Assembly: GCF_009834535.1 (NCBI RefSeq)
Contig: NC_045696.1
Location: 51,524,001 to 51,588,000 of the forward strand
Direction of reading: 5' to 3'
From: Camelus ferus
Taxonomy: Eukaryota
DNA length: 64,000 nucleotides
Of the stretch, positions 34,656 to 47,900 are shown piece by piece. The notes under the pieces are model-generated. The model was not told the DNA's origin, searched no databases, and saw nothing but the letters and a program-made list of their open reading frames with translations. How positions within the stretch are numbered: the first letter of the stretch is position 1; the number at the start of each line of letters is the position of its first letter. The translations under genes were made by a program, and so were the position numbers.

Positions 34656-37600
34656 GTTTCAACTGGAGATAAACTGAACTGGGTTCAGACACTAGCACGT
34701 GTTTATCTTTCCCCTGCTCCCTCTGTACATTTTAAACAGTCTGGAGCTTTGATTTATTTTTTTAAAGTGCATTTTCAATGCAGAATAACTGTAATCCACT
34801 GATTCCTTGGAAAACATTTTTGATGAGAAAAATCTGATGGTTTTCAGCCCCCAGCAAGAGAAACCCGGGTTTGGTCGTGCCAGGGGCTGACGTGGCAGTG
34901 CCAGGCTCGTGCCTGAGTGATTCTGGGCGTTCTGGACTCCGGGCACCTTAGCAGCAGCAGCAGCAGCACCTTTACGAGAAGGCAGAGATAGAAGAGGAGG
35001 AAGGAAAGGAAGCTCAGATGAGGAAGGATGAATGTGCGGTGTATTACGGGTCGGAATTGTTAACTTTGTGTGGATTTGTGCAGTTCCTGCTTGGCTTCGG
35101 CTAAGAGATGCCATCTAGTCCCCTCCCACCAACGGACACCACCGTCCCCACGCCCCGCCCGCTCAAGCATCACCCAGGCGACCCCACTCGGGAGGCTGAC
35201 TTCCTCGTCTGCTCCCTGTGGGTATGTGAGTGCCCGCGACGAGTAGGAATAAGGCACCAGAGAAATCAAAATGTTACAAAAAGATGCAAAACCCCGTTTC
35301 AAAGAGCCTCTCCCATTGCTCCATTAAAATATTGCATGTGATACCATTCGGGGGTACTTAAAGTGTGTCAAATGCAGTCTCTGAAAGGAACTGGAGGCCC
35401 TTCAGCACCAGAGATCTTTAGGAATGCACCCTTTGTCTAAACAGACCCACTCCCCCCACCCCCACGCCCACCCCAGCCACACGCAAAAGCACCAAATTGG
35501 GAGAACAAGGCTGCTTGCCATTGCTCACCTCATTTTTGATAAAGATCAAAAAGTGTAGGAAATAAAATTTTCAGGCATCGCTCTAAAATCAAATGGATTT
35601 GGGCTGTCATGCATCTGGTTACTTGATGCTCTGAAACGTCCAAAGAGCACGGGTGAAGCGGTTGAAATATTTGTGTTAATCCTTAGGGGGAACGTGCTAA
35701 ACAAAACTTACTTTGTAAACGACGCCCAAGTGCTCCATAACACTTCAACCTCCCTTATTTATTTATCTTTTTGTAAAAAGGAAGAGGTTCACCTAACAAT
35801 AAAAGGAAAAAATGAAGGCACATGATTTTATTCGGTCCCACAATCCTTAAGAAAAATGGTATTTTGCAAGGGTGTGTGTGTGTGTGCGCGCGCATGAGTC
35901 CAAGGGCCGCTGTGGTAGATGAAGTCCAAGGGAAGGTGGAAAAGGAGAACAGGAGAGAGTTTGAGACAGAGAGAGGAAAAGAGAAAGGAGGAAGGGAAGG
36001 CCTCTCTTCAGCATTCTGTCATTGACAGTCTCAAGATTTGGCTGCTTTTGGGTCCAGAACGGAATTCATTTGTCTTGGTCTAGAAAGTGCCCCCAGTTAA
36101 ATATCTCCAGTTAATCATGTTACAGCTTTTGGTTTCCCTTTTCCCTTCCCTCCAGCCAAATGATTTTTTTTTTAAATCACAGTTTTTAAAAATTATTTTT
36201 TCAATGTTGAAAAAATATGGAAAAGCTATTGAACAGCCTTAGGGCATTCCACCTCTCCATCTTCACAGTGAGCAGATGGATGGACCAGCCATGGAGTCAA
36301 ATGTGAGGCAGGCAAGATCCCTTGTGCTAGAGGGTCTCTTGCCCTACCTCCCCCAGGGCTGGGGGTAGCTTCACAGCGCCCACAGCCATTTCCTTCAGTT
36401 GGATCCTTCCTCCCCACCCCATCCATGGAAGGTGGGCTGCTGAGAAAGGCAAAGCCAGAAAGGAGAGCGATGGTAACAGGAGGCGGCTTAGAAGCTGAGG
36501 ATGGAGGCTATGGGGGGCTCTCTCCTCAGGCAGGTCAGCATTGGGCTCTCTCGGCAGCCTGGCCGCGGGATGGGGAAGCATGGCTGCCTACTGAGAAGTT
36601 GAAGTCCCACTCACATCGACTTCGTGAGACCTCAACTCTCAGGCTCACCACCTTTATGCCTCTGCTGCATCAGAGTTGGCCCCCAGTCCTTAAGAAGGCA
36701 ATGATCCAAGACAGAGAGGCAGAGTCAACTGGCTGTGTCATACAAAAAAGGGCTACGGACAGTGGGATTTCAGAAACAAATTTAACTTTGGTTTTCTGAC
36801 TTTTTCAAACCATAAAAATTAAAGCAGGGCTGACAGCTGTTACATTTTTCTCATTTGGCAAGGCTAAGGCGGGGGGGAAGAGAAAAGGGGTTTCCCATAA
36901 TTGGTCGAAGACACAGGGTGGTAAAATGCTTCCACACTTAAACTCACAGTCCAGTGTTTTTGACATTTCATAAATAGCTTTTTTTTCTCTAAAAAAAGAA
37001 TAAAACAAGAACAATCCCTTTACTTACTCATCTGAAACAAAATAAACAGCAGTGGGTACAAACTTCTTCTTGTAACAATTACAAAAAACAACAATATAAT
37101 CCCTACTTTTAACACGCATCTTGAATCAGTTTTTTTTTTAACCTCAAAACTGCAGCATATCCTTAAGGGCAAACTTTTCGATTAGTTTTTTTCTTTTTTT
37201 TTTTTTAAATAATGTCTTCACCAAAAAAACAGTCTTGTACCAATAAAATGCATTCAAAAATAGAAAATATTACACAACAAAAATATGTATCCTTCCTTTC
37301 CAAAAAAGATTCTTCACAAAAAAATGTAGAAAAAATTCCAACAATTTTTTTCCTCTCCTAAACATTAACTTTCAGCCTAGGGCACAATTATTTATTGATT
37401 TAAATGTCTGCTTTTGCATAAAACATGGAAGATGCAAAACAGTTACTGTATTAGGTTTGTGAAGTTACGTCCACTCCCACCCCGATTTGAAAACAAAACA
37501 AAACCAGAAAAACCCAGCAAACATTAAACACATGATACAGCTGGTTGATTAGAACAAAATCTCTCTCCTTTCCTTTCACTGTGGCTTTGGATGGGTTAAC

Positions 37601-39600
37601 TGGCTCTGTTGGCATCTGGGAATGCTGAAGATGGGTAATCAGGTTGGACTCAAAACATTCTTTAGAATCAGCTGATGTTCTAAGGAGTCATTTAGCCTCG
37701 CATGTTGTGGGATTATCTGCCGCCACCTCTTATGGAGAAAAGAAACATATGAGGATGGACACAGGACTAAACTATCCACGTGTGTACTGCACAGATACCT
37801 CTATCCAAGCCAGTTTCTCCACCACAGCACACTTCCCCCGCTTACAATGAAGCTCAAGTACAGGATAGTAGGTAACGGAGGGCTCCGTGGTGGGCAGAGG
37901 CTGGGCTATTTTGTCCGTAGTCACCTCTCCCACATTCGACCTGCTTGGGCATTAACTGGGGCAATGACAAGATCTCAGATCTCAAAGGAATGCCCTATTT
38001 CCCCAGCCCCACTGAACCCAGGCATCGTCTATGTCTCAGTATCGCAGCTTAAACAATGCATTTTTCTTACTTGATGGTATTTCTTTTTCAAGTGGGACAT
38101 ATTTTCTATGTGTATTGAGGACTGACAGATTTTTTTTTCAAGTTTTTGTTCCCCATTGCTTATTTGGTTGCTGGTTTTTTCTTTGTGGTTTTTGTTCTGT
38201 TTTGTTTCTGATCTTTTAAACAGTGAAATATGTCCAATTTTATTTCCAGTGCATTAAACAAATTTTAAATTAAAAGAAGAAATAAAACGTTTCCCCCATC
38301 CTTCTAAAGGAAATGACTGATAAAAGTACAATATAATAAAATCAGGCATTGCCAAAAATAGCATGATGTGCAACCTCAATTACATCGAAGAAAAACAAAC
38401 GGACAAACAAGAATTATAAAACATAAGCATGAAGGAGCCAAGACTATATAATCCCAACTACTGTATGATTGGCAAGCACTGGTGAGAAAGCAGGTAAGGC
38501 TACTCTTAGATCTCTAACTCAGCATAGTTGACCACTGCGCTTCTGTCTTTTCCTTCAACTCTTAAGTCTTTCACTCACTAGTTCATCTTTAAAACGAACA
38601 GATTTGTTTTTATATTTTTGGTCTACAGTAGAATTACATATTAATAATATAATAAAAAGGTATTTCACGAACAGGTTGGTACTGCATCCATGTGGGGAGA
38701 CTAGAAAATAAAAAGCACTCAACTAGACATAGCAAATGGACTCTATTCTTATAAAAATAACCACAAATATAATAGAAATTATAATCAGGGCAACTGATTA
38801 AACCAAAAACAGGTAGAGAAAGATGTATTTTGGATAACACAAACTCCTGACAAGCTGTGCCCTAGAATCTCAGCCTCCAAATTTTTCTTGTGATTTCCAC
38901 CTTTCCATCAGATCACTCAAAATTCAAATGGAAATGAAAACAAAATGAAAATCAAGTGGACAAGTGGGTGAGCCAGCCAAAGCTTCCAAGTTATCTTAGT
39001 CGACCAGTCAAGACCAGCTGGACAGCATTCGAGAAACTGGTGGGCCACAGGGGAGCCACTGATGGTATTTGTTTTTAATTTTGGAGGAGTTCCCAGTCTA
39101 CTGATAAAGAGAGAAACCAAGGAACCACATAATTCTTCTGGTAACATACACTATATGAGATGAAATATAGTTCCAATAGAGGGGACATGGGGTGAGGTGG
39201 GAAAGAGAAGAGAGAGAAGAAGTCAGCGAACTTTGGGTACCACCTCCCTTTGTTTTCTTTAACACATTGGTTTCCTTCTTTCAGAGCATCCTTTAGGATT
39301 AGCTGCAGGTTATCCCATGTCCTCTGAGCAAATATGTGTCAACTCAGCTCTTGACATGACATCTATGCTCATTGGCTTTCCTAAAGGCTCAACGACTCTG
39401 GGTGGCTCCCAGCCCCCTAATGCCCCATGCCCTTGATGAACCAGAGAAGGGGTGCAAAGTTGGAATGACAGAGGCCGTTTCTATTAATTCTGCCTACCTG
39501 ATGGTTAACTCACACTGATGGTTCAGTGTGGTAATAAAATAAGAAGGAAATAATTGGTAAGAGTTGAGCTTGGTAATCAACAAGTGTGAAGTTTTCTTCC

Positions 39601-39660
39601 AGAAAAAAGAAAAAAAAAAAAAAAGAAAAAGAAAAAGAAAAAGAAAAAAGAAGACAAAGA
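39601..39660. repeat. A-rich / (GAAAAA)n low-complexity tract
   Basis: agaaaaaagaaaaaaaaaaaaaaagaaaaagaaaaagaaaaagaaaaaag, U-rich on the ZBTB20 strand. Confidence 0.9.
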
Positions 39661-41924
39661 AATGGCATCAGTCAGAAAATACTGCTTTTGGTTTCTGTTA
39701 ACTTTGAACCATCCTTGGTTTTTCTCTCATTCAGTTGCTCCAGTTTAAAGTAGAGTTTAGTGCAAATATCATCACATCACAGCATTCCAGGAGCAATACC
39801 CTATCCCTTCATCCTAAGTGAATACTATCCCTTCAGACCTCCTCAGAAGACTGAGGACCGTGATCCAGAAAAGCGTAACTGAACAGACTGTTAGCCTAGT
39901 ACTCACTACAACAAGAAAGGCACTATCACAACAGATCAGCCTCAGCATTTTCCTTGCCACGGGCATGGATGTTTTAACCACTCCAGCAACCACAACGAAA
40001 CCCAGACTGTGGCTTTTTCAGTACTTGAGTTCATTGGCCAGTCATCTGACTCCCCCACCGGCCACTGCAGTGGGCTCTGGCCATGCAGGGCAATGGTGTG
40101 CTCTGTGTCCATGCTGACCCACATTTCACCAACGACCCTTGTTTGGTTCTAAATGATTTAGCTCACTCTCTTCCATGGAAGTTTCTTTCTCTCCGTCAGT
40201 CTCCAGGTCATGACTCTATTAAAGACTAGTTTACAGTGTCAAGTACTATCCTTGATTTCTTTCCCCCTATATTTTTTAAACCTCTGACCAAACCCTAAGT
40301 CATAAAGACAGTTCAGTAGCTCCTCTAACAACGAGTCTTCTGTAAATATCACTGAGGACAGAATGAAAACCAAAGCGTCATCCCTTGACCACCAAAGCAT
40401 ATCCCCTGAGCCTGCTGTATCCGTTTTGTCTGGGAGAGAGGAGGTTGGGCTCTGGAGATTAAGATCTTTGGTGACAAAACTGGAGTGGGTATGCAAGTTT
40501 CAAGGAAGAAGTTCTTTTCCAAAAGCCTCAAGAGAAGTGTCTTAGGACAGTTAATGTGAATATATTTTAAAGGGTCAATTATTTATTTCTGTAACTTCGG
40601 TTTGGTGCAGTCAATATATTCTTAGTGCTTACCCAATACACATTTGTTAAGTACCTGTTAAGAGCTCTGAATTTAAAGGTGCTTATTTAAAATGGAGATA
40701 ATACTTTGAGTGCTTAAGGGATTGTTTATGTTAGTTCTGAAAGCTCTCAATGGAGTTTTTCCACCTAGCGAGGCTGACAGCTTTCTTAAAAAATTTTTAA
40801 CTGGAAAAGTAGACTTGGATGGTTGCTAAGGAGAAGAGAGAAAGAGATAGGTATCAATATTGTAATCTTAGGAAAGAGGCCTCAAATGAGAGTTTTCCAA
40901 ATTGATGCCCCAATGTGTGATAGTGATCAGAGAATTTCAAAACTACCCATTGATATGGGTTGTGACATTTTCTTACTGAACCAGAATTTTCAAAGCTGTC
41001 ACCTTGGATTCTGGAAGAGTCCTTCAGCATCTTTACTCTCCTGTTATTATTCCCTACACAATCTATTGCTTTTCCTCTGGTGAAAGATTTTTTAATTAAT
41101 AGTCACTAAAGAGCTGTCAAATTCTAATTACTTCTAAGATTTAAAAAGGAAATACAAATAAATCCAATAAAGAAAAATTGTAAAAAACAAAACAAAACCA
41201 AACGCCAATAAACTTCAAAACTAGGCTTTTAGGCACTGTTAAGATCTTCTGCTGTATAAAGGACAGTCTATGATGGAGCAGCTAGAAAGTAGATTCTGAA
41301 CAATCCTCCAACCCTTCCTCCAATTCTGAAGTTGGCCTAGCTTGTTTCAAAAGAAACCTTTCACCTCACTGGTCCTCAATGTTTATTGCACTGTTCCCTT
41401 ACTGTCATCTTAAAGGATTTTTACCACATGCATGGCCTTCCTCTTTGGTTAGCCTGATCTAGGTTTTGCCCAGTGATGGATAAGCATGCTCAGGCTGAAA
41501 GAATATCTCCAGTATGGACAAGGTAAGGTTTTTCTCAAAGGAGGTTGTAGCCCTGGCCAAGGAGAGGACGTCCCGGTTACTGTGGTTGGCTTCCTCACCA
41601 TGACAAATCTTGACTAAAGCTTAGTTGGAGACGACATTGGGCAAACTTCTCCTTCAACATCTTCAATTTACAGTACTAACTCACCTTCTTTATAATAAGA
41701 AAACAGATCCGATCAGCATGGCAGTTTCCAGGCCTGATCAAGAGTTGGCAGATTCCACAGATACTTGCCAACCCTGCTAAGACCACACATGATGGAAACA
41801 ACCCTTTTTGTGGTGCTTCTAGTCTCATAACTTGCCTCTTTCTTTCCCACACCTCACACGCTCTCTCCCGGCACAAGTAAATACATTTCAGTAGTGCAAT
41901 GCAGTGCAGTCATATTTATTTAGT

Positions 41925-41926
<2 letters not shown>

Positions 41927-41957
<31 letters not shown>
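41927..41957. repeat. A31 homopolymer (U31 in ZBTB20 mRNA)
   Basis: Direct observation. Confidence 0.95.
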
Positions 41958-41958
<1 letters not shown>

Positions 41959-44900
41959 CCCTATTACAGACCGAAGCTCAACCCTAAACAGCTCTTACTA
42001 AAAGTTACCAGTGCCACAAAAGTGGGAAATTCAGTCTTTCCCTCACACTCCTGCGAGTCATCTCTTTTGCTGTCCCTGTTTGTTTCAGCTCAAAGGAAAA
42101 AAACAGCTAGCATGCACCTGTGTCTTACTCTGTGAAAATGTTAAGCCAATAGGCAGAACATAAAGGGAAGGAGTTGAGTTGAAACCAGGGGTAGTACTTA
42201 GAAGAGGAACATAGCGATTTAATGCACAGGTCAGTAGTGGTTTTTACTGAATGGTACTCATCATGTCAAATGGCTCCGATACTAAAGGGAATGGGGACAG
42301 AAAAAGATAAAGCTTTCCTGTTTCTCAAAACAAGGTCCTCAATTTAACAGTGCTGGGTTCTCATTGTTGAATAGTGCAATCAGCCATTCCGCAAGGGCTT
42401 CGGGCAGCAGCCACCTTCTCTAACATAAACAGGGGCACCAGGAGACTCACTTTTCACACTGACCTTCTCTCGCATCTCATTCTTCCCCTTCCCACTTTTT
42501 CTGACTACACATAAATATAGCTCTACATACATGTACACAGGAATTCTCAAGGCCCCTCTCAGGGTGACAGATTGAAAACTGTTACAAATAGCTCAACAAC
42601 ACACTCACACAAAAAGGACAATTATTAAATATAAAAGGGAATTATTACAGCAAAATTAAAAGTCTGCATTGTACCTCTTCTTGTATTATTCTGTAAGAAA
42701 AAATATTCATAGCAGGATGTCTTATGGAGCTTACTTTTTGCTTAAGATTACTCTGGACTTAATCGGGGCTATGGCAGTATTGAGTGATTCTGGAGAAATG
42801 CCTTGCATTTGATAATCCTCAAGAATCATTCTCTTCAGTTTGTCTGGGTCTCCACCCTCCAAGTGTAAATCTGCTTGTCTGCTCACACCCACATGCATGC
42901 TGGAAGTCTCAGGAGAATCAACACACAGTTTAGAATAGATTCTAGAAATACTTGGCATGTGGGGTCAGCACACTCAAATTACTTTGAAACATTAAGTTAC
43001 CATAGAGCTTCTCGATTCTATCAGCTCCTTGTCTTTGTTTGCCATGATGAGGATTACTAAGAGACTCTGCTTTCATTGACTCTGAAAACCACAATTCTTT
43101 CAACAATAATGCAAAAAACAATTTTCATTAGGTGTATGAAAGTTGTCCTTAATTTCTATCTCAATAGGCCTATCAGGAAAACACAGTCAGTGGGACAAAG
43201 GAAGGAGTTTAACTGCTGATGATGCTTTTGAGAATTCTCTTCTACAAATCGACATCTAGATGGTTCCAGATCCAAGTTGGTCCCGAGGAGAGCAGGAGCA
43301 GAGCAACTTGCCTTATTTTTCAAAGACCCCTCTGGCAGTGAGCATATACTAAGCACTTTAGACTTTGTCTAAATCTTGTATCAAATGTGAACCATTATTT
43401 GATCTGCAGTTCTCTCTCTGCATGTGCCTGGGGAGCAGATTAGGAACAGGAGCAGGCAAGAGTTTCTATAGTTTCTCCATATGGGTTTGACAGTAGCCAG
43501 AAAAGCCTGAAATCACAAAGAAGTGAGGTTACCTTACTGATTCTTAGGCCTGTAATAGTGAGGATGGGCAAGGACCGCAAAGGGCAAGTGGGTCTGACCT
43601 TCCCTGCTAAACCCTGAGCACTGGCTTAGGAATCCAGAATTGGATCAAATTTAGTCCCATCACATGGTCCTTTCCCCCCTCCTTGCTTTTCCTTTGTTCA
43701 CTTAATTGAAATTGCAATTATTTTAAAGATTGAGCTAAGAATGTAAATTATAGCATGGAAAACAGGTTATAAAAAGGTTGTCAGGCTATGGATAAATTGA
43801 GTTTAGTTGAAAACAGTATGCTTTCAAATGAAGCACTACAATTTCCTTTTTTTATTATGTTTCTAATTTGGTGTTTCCTTCTTTTGTGGTGGTGGGGGTA
43901 TGGATGGGTGGAGTATTGGCAATGCAGAGCCAGTCTCCCTCTGTGACTGTCACCTCCAGTGCCAGGTTGGGGAGATGAGAGGCAATGGAGAAGTGGATGT
44001 TTCTCTAAGACCTCATGAACACATATGGTTTTGAAACGAATAGGATAGAAATCTGAACAATTCTGGAAAGCCACAGATCGACTGATTTTGTCATACTAGA
44101 AATATCCTTTCTTTTTCTTTTCTGGTTATTCTGCACTATATTAATAAGAAACATCCACAGAGGATTTTTCATTACGTTAGATTATTCTTAGCCTTATTTT
44201 GAAAATTTGAGAAAGCAATAAGGATTTGTAGCGTGAAATGCATGGCCTTCATCTGCAATCAATTCCCATTTTCAGGCCTCAGATCTGTTAGTTTAGGTAA
44301 ATGGGTTTTCTTTGTCAAGGAATAACTTTTATTTTAACTATTCTACCCTCAAAGAGTAGAGAGAATCTCTCTCCCCAAAGCTCTAATGTGCTATTTGAAA
44401 AAGAAGATAAGATTTTAATGGAGAAAAGACTCCTTAATGATCGAATGGAAGGCTTTTCATTCTAAGAGGGGGTGGAGTATGGTAAGGGTGGGTAACCTGA
44501 CTGCTGCGTATGGCCATGGACAGTGTCAAATTGAAGAGTCAAAAATTTTTACTGCCTTGGGAAGAAAGAAATAAAGGGAAACAAACAAATCAACAGACAA
44601 ACTTTACAAAAATACACATTCCTCCAGTTTCAGGTTTCTAAAAAGTAATAATTATGCTTAAATCAAGGTTTACTGGTAGCAAACAACTGTTTTAATGTGT
44701 AAAAGTATTATCCCTTTGCTTTACTATGTTAGTTTCACTTTCTTTGAAGGAATTGTATCTGTGCACACTTGTCCTAAAGTCCAGTGCAGAAAATAAGCTG
44801 GTTTGATACCAGCCTCAATCTCAGAACATTTCCTAAAGCTATATTTGCAAATCCTAAAACTACATATCTGTAAAATGAGATGCAGAGTTTCTGAAATGCA

Positions 44901-47900
44901 TTGTGGTGGGGGGGGGGGTGGGGAGGGAGAAAGCAAGCTTTTTATGGAGGAAAAGAAAGAAATCCCTTCTTATCCTCTCAAATACATACGATAATGTTTC
45001 TGACCATTATTTTGCTGCATTAGTTACTGTTTGGGCTATTGGTGCTCCTGACAGGTGTCAGCTTAGAAAAGCAGGAGGCTCATAAGCAATAAGAAATTCA
45101 CATCCTGGAGTCTCTAGAATGTTAAACAGGATTTAGACACTAATCTAGACTAATGCGGAGGTGATGGTGAGAAATCCTGGGTCTCAGGGTTAGAGCTCTT
45201 CTCGGGGAACTAGAAGAAACACTGTCAAGAAGGCATCCTGGAGGAATCCTTATGATTAATTGGACCAAATTGGACCTATGAGAACCAGATCCTCTCCTCC
45301 TCCAAATCATACTTTAAATGGTGGTATTTAGGATTTAAAAGAGAGTGTTTTATTCTTTCAGAAGCCAATGTCTGAGAAGAAGAGTACTTTGGATAAAGAA
45401 TACTTTAAAAAAAAAAAAAAAGGGAGTCAGAATGGACAAAGGATGAGAAGGAGATAAGAATGGTTGGGAGGACATGCCAAGTGAAGATCCCAGTCCTGAG
45501 CAACACAAATACTGGCTGTATAAAATGCGGGCTTCCTAGTAGATTTGTGACTCAGGAAGGCTTTTGACCCTTTTCTTTATTTCATTGCTGTCTCTGGTGT
45601 GAGATGATGTTATAAACTGGTTTGATTAAGAAAAAAGCTCGGTCAAGCCTCAGGTCAAATTAAGAAAACATTTCAGATTAACTACACTTCAACAAAAAAG
45701 AATACATTTCTGATATTAATGTTGCTTCTGTTTGTCAAGGGGAAAAGCAAGAAATGAATGCATACCCCACTGGGCTCAAAACCAGGGAGTGCTCTAAATG
45801 CCACAGAATTGTCCAGAATTGTCCTCATGAGAGTCAGGAGGCAATGCGGTAATACAGTAAGAGTGTTGGAATGGGAGTCAGGAAAGACTGTGTTACGGAG
45901 TTGTTAAGATCGCATCATAAACAGCCTGGAAAGGGGGATCAGCCCAGAACCTGATCAGGGCGATGCTCTGGCAACCAGACAGTTGTACTGCATTGAAATG
46001 AGATCTGGCTTGATGATCGTATTACATGGTGAATGCTGAGGCACTGGGGAGTGTATTACATGGCCCTTCAAGTACCTGCTCAGCCCTACTGTTATTTATT
46101 TAAGCACATATTAAGTTTATGTTAAAAATATCTGGTTGCAAAATAGATGCCTTCGAAACTTTATAGTTCTTTTCATCCCTCAGTAAATTACTGCTTAAAG
46201 TTCTAAATCAATAATAATTTGTTTTTCTTTTTAGAAAAACATATTATCTTTAGAAAAAGACAATAAATGAAAGAAATTCTTCCTAATTGTTGCCTAAGAT
46301 AATGTTTGGGTGGCTTTACTTGCTTTAGAATAGTTCACTAAGGCTTGAGCAGTTATCAAAATTATTCTGAAATGTTACCCCTTTCATTAGATTTCCCTAC
46401 ATCGAGTATCTGGTAAATATGTCATTTGGCTAAATTTCAGCAGGAGTTGAAAGAGTCAGCACTGATGATTTTTTTTTCTCCCTCAGAAAATGTCTGCTCA
46501 AATCAGGAATTTGAATACTGTGGTATTTAAAAAAAAACCAGAAAATATTTGTCTCTTTATCTTTGGCCAAATGTGAAGGTGAAAGGAATTAATGACCTCA
46601 GCTAATACAGTTGACATTTAAAACTGTGACTCAGGTCCTCCCACTCTCAAAAGAATATCGATAACTTTTAAAACCTGAGGGGATGGTGAAGATGCTTCCC
46701 TCTGCCCACGAGTCTCACGCCGATGAACTCACATCGAGTCACATCAACGCTCTTTTCACCACATAAAGCTGAAAGAAGGACATTCAGAAAGGAGTAGGAG
46801 GAAGGGAGAGAAATTAGTCCTCAGGGGTCATAATTATAAGAGTTCTCAGGACAGGGAGGAGAGGAAGAGGTAATTTAAAGTTTCTCTTTAGAGAAATAAG
46901 GAATAAAGAGAATGGGTTAGGAAAAAGAAAGAGGAAAACAGTGACGCTGATACAGTTGGGGTATTAAGTGATCATTGGGAAGGGAACAGCGTCCCAAACC
47001 CTCAAGTCACAATTATGTTTGCCTGAAATTTATTTAGTTGAAAACTCTGGAGAAACAGATCGATACTTTTGCTTTTAGACTCAATACCAGCCTCTTCGAG
47101 GCAGATTAGGGCAGCTAGTTCCTCAGTGAGTGCTGGGCTTCCCAGGTGGAGGGCATCCAGCAGAACTGGACGAGCGGCGGGGCGGACGTGCTGGAGGCGC
47201 ACAGCACAAGCGGACGGTATTTGAAGGGAAAACTCTACCAAGAAGAAGAAAGGAAGGAACTGGTGTTATTCTCACTGAGCAGCCTCAATATTGGTTCCGT
47301 GCGGGAAGGGCTCTCATGCGGAGTATTAGGAACGGCTGTTATCATCTTAACCCGGGTGTGGAATCCAGAGAACAAGACTGGCCTTGGGCATCCAGGATGG
47401 AGGTAAAGTGGACCTATCGGAGGACTTTTCCAGGCATAGGGTTGCGTAGCTGAGGGAAACTGAAGAAGCGCTTAATCTAAAAATACTATTTGAAAATATT
47501 TCTTGCTGGGAAGACAGGATGCCTGATTTCCAGGATGTTTCCACAATGGCCTGGTTAAAGAAATTCTCACCTTTACAGACAAATGGAGATGTTGAGGGCC
47601 AGATACCCAAGAGCCACTATTTTATGGATTCTGCAGACTGAAAAAACGAACTCTACATTTCTGAGTTCTAGTTGTATCAGTCGCTGTCATGAAAAAGTTT
47701 CTCAAATTCTGATTTTATTTAAAAAAAATCTCCTAGGAAAATGAATATGATATTGCTAAGCCGCCTCCAGGGAAGCACTGAAGACTAGTTAAAATAATTG
47801 TAAGCATGCTGAACACAGAAAGTAGTCACTACAGAACCAGTATTAGAAATCAATGTTTGAAAACAAGTAGGCATTTAACTGCCTTCTGCTTCTCAGATGA

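Noticed and set aside
34951..34968. (CUG)6 in the ZBTB20 UTR and (CTG)7 at about 62456
   Set aside because: Too short to be notable as expansion loci.
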